Below are positions 13,350 through 26,761 of a stretch of 64,000 bases of DNA, one piece after another (position 1 is the first letter of the stretch; every line of letters starts with the position of its first letter). Both the position numbers and the translations under genes were made by a program. The notes beneath the pieces are model-generated. The model saw only the letters and a list, made by a program, of their open reading frames with translations, searched no databases and had not been told where the DNA came from. This stretch comes from Malacoraja senta. Lineage: Eukaryota. The DNA is taken from the NCBI GenBank assembly GCA_038087875.1, contig CM076001.1, forward strand, positions 932,001 to 996,000. The letters run 5' to 3'.

Positions 13350-14510
13350 AGAACTCCATGTAATACTCCAAATGTGGCATAATCAAAGTTTTATAAAGCT
13401 GGAATATAACTTCCAGATTCTTATATTCAATGCCTTGACCGATGAAGACAACCATTGCATATGCCTCCTTTAACCCTACATCTACTTCTGTTGCCATTTG
13501 CAAGGAGCTATGGACTCGGAACCCAAGACTCCTCTGTACATCAATACAATCAAGGGCCTTGCCATTAACTGTCTAATTTCACCTTACATTCGACCTCCCA
13601 AAGTTGCTTCCAGATTTGCTTGGATTAAACTCCATCTGCCATTTCTCCACCCATATCTGTAACTGATCTGAATCCACAATATCCTTTCACAGCCTTCCTC
13701 ACTGTTCACAACTTCGCCTCAGTCTGATGAAGGGTCTTGACCCAAATTGTCACATATTCTTTTTCTCCAGAGATGCTGCCTGACTTGCTTAGTTACTCCA
13801 AAATGTTGTGTCTGTCTTCGGTGTAAACTACCATCTGCAGTTCCTTCTTACACATTTTGTCCACCAATTTTGGTGTTGTACACAAACTTAAGAACAAACC
13901 CATCTACATTTACAGCTGATTTATTATATATATATATAATATTTTCTGGAGTATCTCTGCTTCCCTGGAATGGAACAACATTGGCAACTCTCCAGATTGT
14001 CAGACCTCGCCTGAGGCTAAAGAGGTTACAAAAATCTCTGTCAAGGCCACTACAATCTCCTCTCTTGACTCTCTCAATAACCTAGGATAGATCCCAGCAG
14101 GGCCTAGGGTTTTAACCATCTTAATGCTTTCCAAGGGATCCAACATCACCTCCTTCTTGATTAAAAATGCCCCAGCAAAATAGTATACCCCACACTGGTC
14201 TCAGCAACCTCCATGTGCTTCTCCTTGATGAATACAGATGCAAAGAGCTAATTTAGTACCACACCTACATCCTCTGACTCTGAGTATAAATTCCCTCCCT
14301 TATCCATCCTGGTTCATCTCCTCTGTACCCCTCTAGCACTAGCACATAATTGCTATAATTTAGTGACTAGAACTGCACACAATACTCCAACTGAATTCAT
14401 CCAGTTTTATAAATTTAGGGCATAACCTTCCTGCCCCTGCATTCAACGCCTGGACTAATGAAGGTCAGTATCACTTAACCACATATTCTTGCGGTGATGC
14501 CACCTTTGAA
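13350..14510 (-). mobile_element. CR1 RT fragments, interrupted by a PLE-derived insert
   Basis: actccatgtaatactcca / aactgcacacaatactcca (LEYCVQF reverse); cacaact..ccaccaattttggtg rejoins across the insert. Confidence 0.65.
13720..13852 (+). mobile_element. short PLE-terminus element with decayed hammerhead-like core
   Basis: cagtCTGATGAagggtcttgaccc...ccagagatgctgcctgac...catctgcagttccttcttaca. Confidence 0.75.
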
Positions 14511-16184
14511 GGTCAATTGAAATAAAAACAGAAGATGCTGGAAGCGCTCAACAGCTCAGACAGCACCTGTGGAAAGTTAACATTTCACAATGAAGACTCT
14601 TCATTCTGGATTCATTTACTTTGTTGGTGTTGCTACATCACTCTTCATGTACACTTGACATAAATTCATTCTCTGCTGTTTGTGTCAGAGGAGCAGAACT
14701 CAAGTTGTACATCCTCCAATGAAGCATGTTATACTGAGGGTGGGCTTCCAGCTCAAAATCTGCAGGGTTTATTTTCAGATTGAAACATGATTTATTTTCT
14801 TCTGAAATGAAGTAGAGCACCATCTGCTGTTCATACAGCCAGGAAGCAGGAGCTGAAAAGAACCAATATCACATTTATTTTTGAAACTTCGTCCTAAAGT
14901 AGATAACCTCACCTTTTCCGAGTTTATACCCCCCTCTGACAACTTTTTGCCCTCCACTTATCTCCCTTTACAACCTTTGTGTGTCCTCCTCGCAACTTGG
15001 AATGCATCTATTTTGTGTCTTCAGCAGATTTAACTGCAGCACACATGGTCCCTTCAACCAAGTCATCTATATAGATTACAAATAGTCATAGCCCACTTGT
15101 TACTGATAACAATCTCAATTTGATCCATTTATCTCAACTGTTTTCTCATGGTTAGCCTTTTCCCTGCCCATGTAAATACATTGCTGCCAACTCTGAGCAC
15201 ATTTATAATGCACAGTAACCTTTTAGTAGTGCACAAACATCAGCAGCAGAGTATGTTTCTACTTAGATATTGGTTAAAGCAGTGAGGACTTCCAACATTT
15301 CTGGTCTTATTTTAAATTCCTAAAGTCCATGGGATTTTCTTTTTTTTTAACGTGCAAATAATATTATCTTCTATACATTATGGGCAGGAATTCTGAGAAA
15401 ATGCTGCTTCAATGTATGCGAACTACGGGACCCAGAATGGGCCAGGTAACTGGAAGGAAAGGAGCAGATCAAGTATAGTTTACAAGCTGTAAATCTCCAG
15501 TCAGTCTGCTGTATATTTGGCGGAAGATTTTGTCATCGATAAATTATGGAAATACTTGTTTTTTTTGCATCAAGGGTCCCTTTAAGCTGCCTCTGAAAGA
15601 TGATCATGTAATTAAGCATAATTCTGTGAATTAGAGAAAACGTTTCCCTGACTTGTCCATGGAGTGATAGTTTCACTAATGGGTTGCCCTTGTCTACAGA
15701 ACAGTGAAATGAAGGCCTAAGGACTTGTTGGGTGGGTCGAAAACCTGTCAGCTCAAGAAGAATGTTACATAGGATGACAATGGAATACCATATTATGGTG
15801 TTATCATGTGTTGTCTGTGCTATAATGAAGTATTTTCCAATGTGAATACATGGCAATAATACCATGCAAAATTTAGACATTATTTTATTCTGAAAATAAC
15901 ATGCGCTTCTCACAAAGATGCAGGCTGGTTGCCTTTTATCATAAAGTTTGTACAAAGCAGCCATGATTGCTGTAATTTTGGAGTTGCATTGCATACCTCA
16001 TTATAAATAATTGACAATTAGTTTCTTCTTTATGGTCAGATTCAAGCAATTCACAAACTATAATCTATAGAGTTGATTTAGTGCTTCCTTTTACTAAATG
16101 CAGAAAGACTGTACTGATATAGATGGCTGGCAAATAATCAAATTAAAAGAATACAGTGATGTATATCATTATATAATAATGTAT

Positions 16185-16300
16185 ATAATGGCCTGGTTTC
16201 GCCCAGGAACGACGAAGATTGCAAAAATTGGTGAATACTGCCCAACCATCACGGGTTCTGACCTCCCCACCATCGAAGGGATCTACAGGAGTCGCTGCCC
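16185..16300 (+). mobile_element. Rex1/Babar RT C-terminal fragment
   Basis: ITGSDLPTIEGIYRSRC motif. Confidence 0.55.
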
Positions 16301-16569
16301 CAAAACTCAGCTTCCATCATTTGCATATTATGATATAATCTACTGACATTAAAAAAATTGTTCCCAAAGTTAGGTTAAATAGAAGAGGATTTTTTTTCCC
16401 CCAAAAATGTGGGAAGACAGCAAGACTAACAATGATACATTTTATTTTGAGGGAGGGAGAAGAAAAGTAACAAGGAAAGGAAAATCGTCTCACCATGTGA
16501 TTCCAACTCAAAGTCAATCCCAGAGACAAAGTCAAAGTTTGATTCATAGTTAAGAAAACCTAACCATTC

Positions 16570-17980
16570 AGTGGCTGAGTATGTACCCAAACATGAGAGG
16601 AATATTTTGGGACTTATACATTTCTCTGCTGCAAATTTATTGCAGGTATTATTGATAAAATAAACAGGTCCATCCTCATTATTAGTGACAACCTCTACAT
16701 CAGTGTAACGAGAACCCAGCTGAGCCTGGATGAAAAAAAATAAGGAACTGGTGGATTTGCTGAAGAATCACTTTCATTCAAAATCAAAGTCTAATTCACA
16801 GTTTAAAACAAACCGACCTGAACCAAGTTTGTAGCTAAATTGAGGAAGTTATTCCAGGCAAAAACATGCTTACCGTAAAGGGCAGGTGTGGCTTCAATGG
16901 TGACTAGATTGGCAGGCTGGTATCTTTAATAATGCACTAAAATTTGTACAAGCAGCGGAATTGGCAAGTAAGAACAAATAGTACCTGCAAATGAGATTAG
17001 CTGCTCACATGACACAGCAGCACATTGGACGAGTGGAAACGCACACTATTTTGAAACAAACTGATCATTTTAACCAGGTAAACAAAAGCTGTTTACTATC
17101 GTCCAGGGCAATCTGCTTTGCAATCCACAACTCTTTAAATCTGTCACACATCTTCTGTTTTTAGTTCTGGCCCTTATTCCAACCATCTGCCTGTCACATT
17201 CCTCCCTCGACTGGGCATGGTGGCGCAGTTGCAGAGTTGCTGCCTTACAGCACCAGAGACCCGGGTTCCATCTCGACTGCGGGTGTGTTTGTACAGTGTT
17301 TGTACGTTCTTCCCGTGACCGCGTGGGTTTTCTCCGGGTGCCCTGGTTTCCTCCCACATTCAAAGACGTACAGGTTTATAGGTTAATTGGCTTTGGTCAG
17401 CTGCAAAGTAGTCACAAATGTGTAGGATAGTTTTAGTGTACAGGGTGATCGCTGGTCAGCACGGACTGGGTGGGCTGAAGGGCTTATTTCCACATTGTAT
17501 CTGTATCTCTAAAGCTTGTGTTGACACTTTGCCACTCTTTGTCTTGTCTCCACACTTTTCTAACTTTCTCTCCCCCCTCCCCCCAGTCAATCTGAAGAAG
17601 GGTTTATCCATGTTCTCCAGAGATGCTGCCTGACTTGTTGATTTACTCCAGCAATTTACATCATTTTATGCTGTCTCAATGCTGAATAAAGCAAGAAAAG
17701 TGTTCCTTGAGTGGTGTAAGAGTATATAACAATAAACATGAAATCAAGGAAACAAATTAAAAGTAAGAAATTAAACAAGGCATTCAAAATTTCCGGAGTT
17801 GCTGTCAGTAAAGGAAGCAAAGGAATATGTATGAAGTGTTTGCATTCCTTAAAGATAAAGGAACTAACTTCATAAAAGATAAACCACTGACTGTTGTCGT
17901 GACAGTGAATGAGAGAGGTGTGATAAGTGAGCTTGACACAGGTTGCAGTTTTACACTTGTGCAGCAGACTGAATATGCAG
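16570..17980 (+). mobile_element. fossil Gypsy-like gag-protease region
   Basis: ELVDLLKNHF (~16745), FVAKLRKL (~16828), KPLTVVVTVNERGVISELDTGCSFTLV retropepsin DTG motif (~17881-17960); interrupted by SINE and PLE inserts. Confidence 0.55.
17213..17512 (+). mobile_element. V-SINE (HE1-like), full length
   Basis: A/B boxes, V-domain cgtgggttttctccgggtgccctggtttcctcccacattcaaagac, CR1 tail. Confidence 0.9.
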
Positions 17981-18115
17981 GTAGACACAAAATACTGGAG
18001 AAACTCAGTGGGTCAAGCAGCATCTATGGAGAGAAGGAATTGGCGACATTTTAGGACGAGACCCTTCTTCAGACTGATGTCAGGGGAGGGGGTAGGACAA
18101 AGAAAGAAAGTGGGC
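17540..18115. mobile_element. two PLE-terminus inserts (+ at ~17540-17655; - at ~17980-18115)
   Basis: ctgaagaaggg...ccagagatgctgcctgac; gtagacacaaaatactggag...agacccttcttcagactg. Confidence 0.7.
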
Positions 18116-21100
18116 CGAGACAGTGGGACTAGTAAGTCCTCCCATTGTTTATTTACTTGGACTACTTTTAAGAAAAGGGGATACATGTGAAAAGGTTGAT
18201 TCTAGAAGATTTAGAATAGAAAATTGTGATCCTCTAGAATGGACTCTCAAGTCAGAGGCTGAAGTAAATGCAATGTCAATATTTATGTATGGCTGGAACT
18301 TTCCTATTTAGATTTTTAAGTTTTAGATGTTTTTCTATGTTTCAAAATGATAGAGACATTCAAATGTTTGCACATATTTGACAGCTAACTCAGCATGGCT
18401 TATCTGCCTGTCAAAGTTGGTTTAGGCATTTTGTAGGTGAAGTTTGTTCTGCAATCTCCAAGAGGACTATTGTCGCACACAGCCTAACCACTTTGAATCA
18501 GGGCCACATTTATCAGCACCAGCAGATCTGCAAAGTAGAAGTATATATTTAACCACGCAGCAATTAACTCTCGGTTATTTCTTGTTCATGGACTAGCTGG
18601 ACAATAAAATAAAGACTAATCATTTTGAAACAAAGTAAACTCTCTCTGAAACTCTGCTACATTTGGAGCACAATGAGAAACATCTGTAGGTTTCCTTATT
18701 ACTAGTAGTTATCGATATAGTTTTATAGCTACCATATAAAATTAACAATCCTTAAGCATCTGAAGCCCCTAACTAGCATGGCTGAAATTATTGTAAATTC
18801 TTTGACAATTAATCCTCCAGCAAGTAATGAATATAAATGATCAAACTATGTTCCTGGAAATTTGCATAGATATCCATTATTGTATTTTAGACCCACAACT
18901 TCTTGTTTCATTTACATTAATCAAATATTAAGCCATATTTGCATTTCTTATTCAGAAGTACAGATACCATATCATAGCTCACAAAAGGGCATCATAAAGC
19001 ATAGAGATCTGTTGTTTGATGGTGCAGAGGATAGAGGTAAGGAAATAGTCACTGACAGAACTATTAAAAATACTCCGGGTCCCTAAACCAGAAGCGCATG
19101 CTTGGGATACCCTACAGAGCTCCAGCAGCAGTTAACACAATCGCACTCTTCACTGTGTTTAACTGAAGAATCAGTACACCAATGAACACTATTGCATTAA
19201 TGAAATCAAATGCTTTCTTTGGACAGCTTTTTATAGAAAGGCATTTTGAACGGTTGGGCAGTTTTCACTGACTTTCCACGATGCAAACAGGAAGAAGAGG
19301 GTAATTCTGAAGGTAACACAATAAGATTCTGTAACAGTCACAGGAGTATTGATTACTATAGGCTGATCTGTAGAGCTGAGGGGCTTAAAATGAGGATTAC
19401 TACCCTATTTACTCGGTCGTGCAGTAGAGATCCCGATCACTGCAGGCCCTGTTTAATCTGGGTTGGAGTGTGCATTACCAAGGGAGATCAGTGAAAAAAG
19501 CAATGGACACTTTTAAATAAGCTGCCAGAAAAAATGCAAAGCTATCCAAGAGGGATTTATTTTATATCTTAATCATTAACCCCAATTACTGATAGATTAC
19601 ATTGAGACTAAATGCATAACCTTTATTCTCATTGATGACTTTAAAACATACACATACAATCCAATTAAATCTAATCCAATTCACTTTAAATCAACCCATG
19701 TGTTAAGGCTTTAACGTTTATGTCACAATAATACTAAAACAAACCTTAAATCCTCAGACATTGGCTCAATAATTACTCCAATAGGATGGCTGTAATCGCA
19801 TCTCCTTCTGTTAAACTCAGACTGTTAACCTATGACTTAAACCTTAACCCCATTTCAGAATCTGAAACTTTAACCTTCAATTTACCTTGAACCTAACACC
19901 AATGTAGAACCAAATAGTTCATTTTGCAGCTTTCAGGCAAAAGTTTAGACCATCACAACACGAGAAGGATTTGCTATGGAAATGAACAAGAGCAAAGGAT
20001 GAAAATAAATAACAACATAATTTCTTGGCAATACCAGTCAGTGCAACATTGGCAAGTGGCACCTACAGTCAATATTCATTTTTAAAAGTTTAAGTTCAAT
20101 AACTCATTAAACTGTCTGAGTGTTTTGCAGATAATTGAGAGGAACCGAGGAAATGCATACATCACCCAAGGAAAATCTGCAAATATGCAATACATTTATC
20201 CTTTTATAATTTAGATAGTCACTCTAATGTATTTGAAAATGAGTGAGCATTAGAGCCTGGGGCACTAGAAAAGAGAAAAGATCATTCGAGTTTGGAATGG
20301 GAGTTGGAGCAAAGGGATCAAGGTCAGGGTGGAGTCTGGAGAATGGAGAGACAAAAGCTTAGAACTTGGATCATATAACATCACGTTTTTGTCTGCCATG
20401 CTATCCAATTCCAATGAAAAACTAATGTACCTGTCTATGATTTGCATTCTAGTCATCCATACATTGGACATGTTGAGCCTGGATGATCTGGTTCTGTGTA
20501 GCATCATTCAATGGTTCACAACACAGGCCACTACACACCTCTATGTATAGCTTCATTCACACATACCTGGTGAGTTCCATTCATGGTCAACTCATGCAGA
20601 AGTAGAAGACATGCCCATAAAGATTCCTTCACTGTGGTTTCAAGAGCATCTTTCCTGTGCAAGCAGCATGCTGGTGCTCTGAATTTGACTATAGGAGGAT
20701 CTGTTAAAGATGGGTATTTAGCCAACTATTCTTTGTCTGCCTCCTGCCACTACACAAATCAAATCCCATCCCCTCATGCACACAATCCTTTCCTGACTAT
20801 GAGCCTGCCTGTAGACGTGACTGAAAATATCTCCACTTATCAAGTCACTGATGTAGCTTAACAATTCCTTAAACATCTACCTGCCTGCCCTTCACCACAA
20901 TCCTCAGACCTTTGACCACTGATTAGCTCTCCCGGAGCACACACACACTACCCCTGACCACCAGCTTCCCCAATCACCGATACCATCCTTCATGACTGGT
21001 GCCCACCATGTTACCAGTCTCCTTCTTGACTGGATTCTCGCCATCCTCACAAACCGCCAGCAGCCAACTGTTGGTCTAATTCCTCAGCAATCAATCCTAT

Positions 21101-21795
21101 ATTCTTTCCCATTCCCAATACTCTGCTCTTCCCACAATAGCTGGGCTGGTCTTCCTAGCTCTAGGCTTGCCCAATTCTCCACAATTGAGTGGGTGTGCAA
21201 AGGTAAGGCCTTGAACCAGCATGCCACATCCACTAGCTCATAACATTAATGTGACCTGCCTTTTTCACACCACAGGTCCATATACAAAATGCTTTTGGGG
21301 CTATTATCAACTGGCTGCTTAATATAACTATCCAGGCTCCAAATAGTTGCTGGGAACAAACTTTCTGCTGGTTAGCGAACAAGGCCAGTTTAAGACCATC
21401 CCCACAGTATTAATGAACTCAACTTCCGATCAATGGAGCCATCATTTGAACAATTTAAGCTATTGAATTTTATTCATGTGGCCATAATGCAGGATTATAA
21501 ATTAGGGAATTGCTCATGCAAAGGAATCAGTGCCGTGATGATTGCAGTGTTTTTCCATTTTCACCATCTTTTCTCCAGCCTCCATCAGTTCCCTTTGCAG
21601 TGGGGAAAATCGATGAGCAGCGACTTTGGGTTTAAAAGCCAATCGTGAAGTCTGGGGATGAGAACCCGTACTAATATGCTGTGCACCCTGAAGTCACCAG
21701 AGATTGGGTGCTGCATTCTGCAGCCAAAGAACGTGCCCTGAAGTAGGAGCAGAGAAAGTAGCTTGGCAATGATGAAACCATTCATTGAGAATGAA

Positions 21796-23175
21796 GGTAC
21801 ACAAAAATGCTGGAGAAACTCAGCGGGTGCAGCAGCATCTATGGAGTGAAGGGGATAGGCAATGTTTCGGGCCAAAACCCTTCTTCAGACTGATGGGGGG
21901 TGGGGGGAGGCGAGGAGAAGAAAGGAAAAAGGAGGAGGAGCCCGGGGGCTGAGGGAGAGGTAGGAAGGGGAGGAGACGGCAAGGGTTAACTGAATTGTGA
22001 GAATTCAGTGCTCATGCCCAGAGGATGCAGACTACCCAAGCGGAATATGAGGTGCTGTTCCTCCAATTTCTGGTGTTGCTCACTCTGGCCATGGAGGAGG
22101 CCCAGGACAGAGAGGTCGGATTCGGAATGGGAGGGGGAGTTGAAGTGCTGAGCCACCGGGAGGTCAGGTTGGTTAATGCGGACCGAGCGGAGGTGTTCGG
22201 CAAAACGATCGCCAAGCCTACGCTTGGTCTCACCGATATAGATCAGCTGACATCTAGAGCAGCGGATGCAATAGATGAGGTTGGAGGAGGTGCAGGTGAA
22301 CCTCTGTCGCACCTGGAACGACTGCTTGGGTCCTTGAATGGAGTGGAGGGGGGAGGTAAAGCGACAAGTGTAGCATTTCTTGCGGTTGCAAGGGAAAGTG
22401 CCCGGTGACGGAGTGGAGCGGGAGGGAAGGGAAGAATTGACAAGGGAGTTACGGAGGGAGCGGTCTTTGCGGAAGGCAGACAGGGGGGGAGATGGGAAGA
22501 TGTGGCGAGTGGTGGGGTCACGTTGGAGGTGGCGAAACTGGCGGAGGACTATTTGTTGTATGTGCCGGCTGGTGGGGTGAAAGGTGAGGACCAGGGGGAC
22601 TCTGCCCTTGTTGCGAGTGGGGGGATGGGGAGAGAGAGCAGTGTTGCAGGGTATGGAGACCCTGGTGCGAGTCTCATCTATAGTGGGGGAGGGGAACCCC
22701 CGTTCCCTGAAGAATGAGGACATTTGTGATGCCCTGGTGTGGAACACCTCATCCTGGGAGCAGATGCGGCGTAGACGGAGGAATTGGGAATAGGGGATGG
22801 AGTCCTTACAGGAAGCAGGATGGGAGGAAGAGTAGTCAAGATAGCCGTGGGAGTCAGTGGGTTTATAGTGGATGTCGGTCAGAAGTCTATCACCTGCGAT
22901 GGAGATAGTGAGGTCAAGGAATGGTAGGGAAGTGTCAGAAATGGTCCAGGTGTATTTGAGTGCCGGATGGAAGTTGGTGGTGAAGCGGATGAAGTCAGTC
23001 AGTTGTGTGTGGGTGCAGGAGGTGACGCCAAAGCAATCGTCGATGTAGCAGAGGTAGAGGTCGGGGATGGGGCCCCGGTATGTCTCAAACAAGGAGGCAG
23101 GCGTAGCTGGGGCCCATGCGCGTGCCCATAGCTACGCCTGGTATTTGGAGGAAATGGGAGGAGTCAAACGAGAAG
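21796..23175 (-). mobile_element. 5'-truncated Penelope-like element (Neptune-type) with terminal repeat at 21796-21895
   Basis: GVAMGTRMGPSYA and YIDD RT motifs, CNRKKCYTC linker, GIY-YIG (LIYCIRCSRCQLIYIGET...RFAEH). Confidence 0.92.
21986..23092 (-). pseudogene. PLE reverse transcriptase (partial) plus GIY-YIG endonuclease
   Basis: 368-aa ORF; frameshift/deletion near 23090 separates the upstream GVAMG block. Confidence 0.9.
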
Positions 23176-23252
23176 TAAACGAGAATGAAAGCAACTCCAA
23201 GGAGAAACAATTCCTCAAGTATTTCCGTCGGGCTGCAAGGTAAAAGGACCCA

Positions 23253-23412
23253 AGGTAGACACAAAATGCTGGAGTAACTCAGTGGGTCAAGCAGCATCTC
23301 TGGAGACGTCACCCATTCCTTCTCTCCAGAGATGCTGCCTGATGCGCTGAGCTACTCCAGCATTTTGTGTCTACCTTTGATTTAAACCAGCATCTGCAGT
23401 TCTTTCCTACAC
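23253..23412 (+). mobile_element. fold-back PLE-terminus element with 15-bp TSD
   Basis: inverted arms ~23253-23306 / 23323-23376; TSD aggta(a/g)aaggaccca at 23238-23252 and 23413-23427. Confidence 0.85.
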
Positions 23413-25429
23413 AGGTAGAAGGACCCATTGGGTAGAGCGACAGAAAGACATGTCGGGCTGCGGCCATATTCTGGCAGGAGGCCTGGCTCACCCGCTGCGT
23501 CATCAGGGGACCCACCTGAAGAAGGAAGCCTGTAAAGGGAAGCCGCTGAGCCCAAAGAGGGAAGCTGATGAGCCTGGCCCCTGCTTACTCCTGAGGACCA
23601 GAGAACCAGAGAACCAGAGAGGAGGGTGGAAGGAGTCGGCGACGGTGGACGCAAGAACAAAGGGCTGGTAAGAAGAACCGGGGTTTTCCCTATGGTACCC
23701 TCAAGATCGCCTAGTCTTTATGGGATTGTACTTATGTATAGTAATAATTTACTGAACTGTATGCAATAAGAGAATTTCACTGTACCTCCTACCTTGATTG
23801 AACCATCTACCAGTCTGCCCTTCACCTCAAACCTGTAGCAGGAGAACAAGTAAATATTAATTATCATCTGATAAGAGCAGACATAAAAACAGGCCAAAGC
23901 GGAAATCAATGAGCAATGTTTAAAGAGACTTGAATCAAGCTTAGTTTAAAACAAATTTTACTATCAGATATCAAACAAAAAACAAGACATTCAATAGCCA
24001 TGATCATATTCGCAGATCGGTGAGATTGAAAATGTACATAAACAATTAGGTCAGTGAAGATATGAAAGAGCAAATCCAAATAAATAAATTAACTAGTTGA
24101 CTGCTGCATCGATATTAGGGGTAGGCTCAATGTGAATCTATATACAAATCAGCATCACATAAGCTTTCACCAGCGATATCCTTGTTTTCTAAAGACACAG
24201 GATGAGCTGAAATATGTCTGACATGTAAATTCCTGATATATGTAATGGGAGTATGCAAAACCGTTGAAGGAATTGTACAATGTCCTGAATTCAAGCTTTA
24301 GGTAATTATACTTGCTGGAGGGATACGTGAACCAACACCAGCATCCTATGCCAGCATTGGGGTCCTTGTTACTCTCAAGTCAGGGCAGACCACGTTGCTC
24401 TCATTGCTCAACATCCGGCTCCTGAAACAAATACATCCCAAGCACTGCAGTGCGAAGAGTTTACCAGGCAAACTGAGAGCTTCCTTGTAGAAGTGCCTCA
24501 TTAACCTTTATGAATCTCTGCCCTATGATCGCTAAAGTCAGGAGGAGAATTTGTGATGGTAATGAGAACCTTGAGGCCAAGCTCTCAGGTAGCATGAACG
24601 CACAAAGGCTCTGCATAAATGCAATGATGTACAGCTTCTCACAAACTAACCATCTACCCTCCCTTTCAGTGTTCCTCTGTCCCATTTATGGAAGAAGCTG
24701 GAATTCCCACATAGGCCTCAGCACCCGCAAAATTGGAGCAAATCATCCTCGATCCTGAGTGACTGTCGCAGAAGACAGAAATTGCAAAATGTGGAAACTA
24801 ACCCAAGTAACAATTTTAGTTTACATTGCACGTTTAACATGATAACTGCCCCTCGCCAGTTCATTGAAACATAATCAGACAAAGTTTTGTACCAACCCAA
24901 AGAAAAAGGTGGTAGGGAAGGTTACTTAAGCAAAATCTTAAAGGAAGAAAAGGAGACAGAGAGATTAGGAAGGAAATTCCAGATCTTAGGAGACTGAAGT
25001 TTGCTACTCCAGACAGCCCACTCCAGGCTTCAAGCAGCTGCGGATGAAAAACTGTCCTCCCACATCCTCTCCAAACCTCTTACTGCCTTATCCTAAGCCT
25101 ATATTCTCTAGTTTTATATACTTGTACCATAGAGGGGGAAATCTTCCACTCTCTATGTCATATAGTCATACAGCACAGACACAGGCCCTTCAGTTCAACT
25201 TGTCCATATGCCCCAAGATGCCCCATTTGCCTGCATTTGGCCCATAAACCTATAGATCTTTCTTATCCATGTCGCTGTTCACGTGTCTTTTAACGGAAAG
25301 TGTTATAGTATCTGCCTCAATTAACTCCTCAGGAAGCATGCTCCATGTACCCACCTCCCTCTGTGTGAAAAAGGTGCCCCTCAGGTTCCTTATATCTGCT
25401 CATAATTCCGTATGCCTCAGCATCCTTTT

Positions 25430-25718
25430 AGTCATTGGACATACAGCAAGGAAACAGGCCCTCAGCCTGCCTTGTTCGCGTCAACCAGCGATCATCCCGG
25501 ACACTAGCACTATTCTACACACTGGGGACAATTTACAATTTACAGAAGCCAATTAACCTACAAACCTGTATGTCTGGAGTGTGGGAAGTAACTGGAGACA
25601 ACCCACATGGTCACGGGGAGAATGTACAAACTCTGTACAGACAGCACCCGTAGTCAGGATTAAACCCAGGTCCCTGGCACTGTAAGGCAGCAACTCTACC
25701 GCTGCGCCACTGTGCCAC
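25430..25718 (-). mobile_element. V-SINE nested in a reverse CR1 3' fragment (~25160-25810)
   Basis: gccaattaacctac...aggcagcaactctaccgctgcgccac. Confidence 0.85.
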
Positions 25719-25980
25719 CTCTGTCCCTAGGAAATCAAACCGGACCTTTCTAGCCTCTCCCAGTAAATGAAACACTCTATACCAGGCATCATCCTGGTGA
25801 ATCCTGCTTTCACTGGGAAGGTGTAAATGTACTTCACTGTGAACCGTTCCAGGTCCTTTGGTAATTTTGATCTTGTTACAATACCCGGCAGTTCGACAGT
25901 TTAAATAGGAAACTGCAAATGAGCCCCAAATAATATAGTGATGTCCATCATGTACTTTCCCAGCATTCCCACTGGGATAT

Positions 25981-26118
25981 AATCTGAAGAAGGGGCTCGA
26001 CCCGAAGCATCACCCATTCCTCCTCTCCAGAGATGCTGTCTGTCCCGCTCTATTAATTAATCCAGCATGTTGTGTCTATCTTCAGTGTAAACCAGCCACT
26101 GCATTTCCTTCCTAAACA
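25981..26118 (+). mobile_element. short PLE-terminus element
   Basis: CTGAAGAaggggctcgacccGAAG...ccagagatgctg. Confidence 0.75.
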
Positions 26119-26557
26119 CTCTTGACTCTGAACTCTTTTGCTTCTTCTGTTTTTCAACTGTTTGTGCCATTCTTTCCACCATGAGGACGCTAACAGCACA
26201 ATAAATCCCAAGAAAGTGCCTTGAATTTGTATTTTTCTGAAGATGATGGAATCGCAGGGTAGATTAGGTCAGAGCACCTGTGCACCCACACACTAGTGCC
26301 CTCAGATGCACATCAAGAGAGTGGCATGGATGCCTCAGTAAATCAGAATGCTATTCACAAGGGAAATATTTTTTGCCTGCTGGAAAGAAATCTGCAGCAA
26401 AATTCTTTTGTACATAACAGAAAATGGAATCTGAGTTCTATTGGTTCTAACTTTCTGCCTCCAAGTCATTTCGAGGAGCAGCAAAAAGCATCTACTAATT
26501 GAATCAGTCTGCTTCTGACAACATTTAAAATGACCGGTGGAATCTGTCATGAATTAG

Positions 26558-26732
26558 TAGGAAGGAACTGCAGATGCTTATTTCCAGCAAAGATAGACAC
26601 AAAATGCTGGAGTAACTCAGCGGGTCAGGCAGCATCTCTGGAGAAAAGGAATAGGTGATGTTTCAGGTCAAGACCCTTCTTTAGACTGCAGTCTGAAGAA
26701 GGGTCTCGACCCGAAATGTCAACTATTCTTTT
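26558..26732 (-). mobile_element. fold-back PLE-terminus element with hammerhead-like core at 26693-26720 (+)
   Basis: ggaaggaactgcagatgc...cccttctttagactg|cagtCTGAAGAagggtctcgacccGAAAtgtc. Confidence 0.8.
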
Positions 26733-26761
26733 ACATCATTTAAACATTTAAAGATTTAGAT

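Noticed and set aside
17213..17285. tRNA genes at SINE heads
   Set aside because: A/B boxes run directly into the V-domain and LINE tail; these are SINEs.
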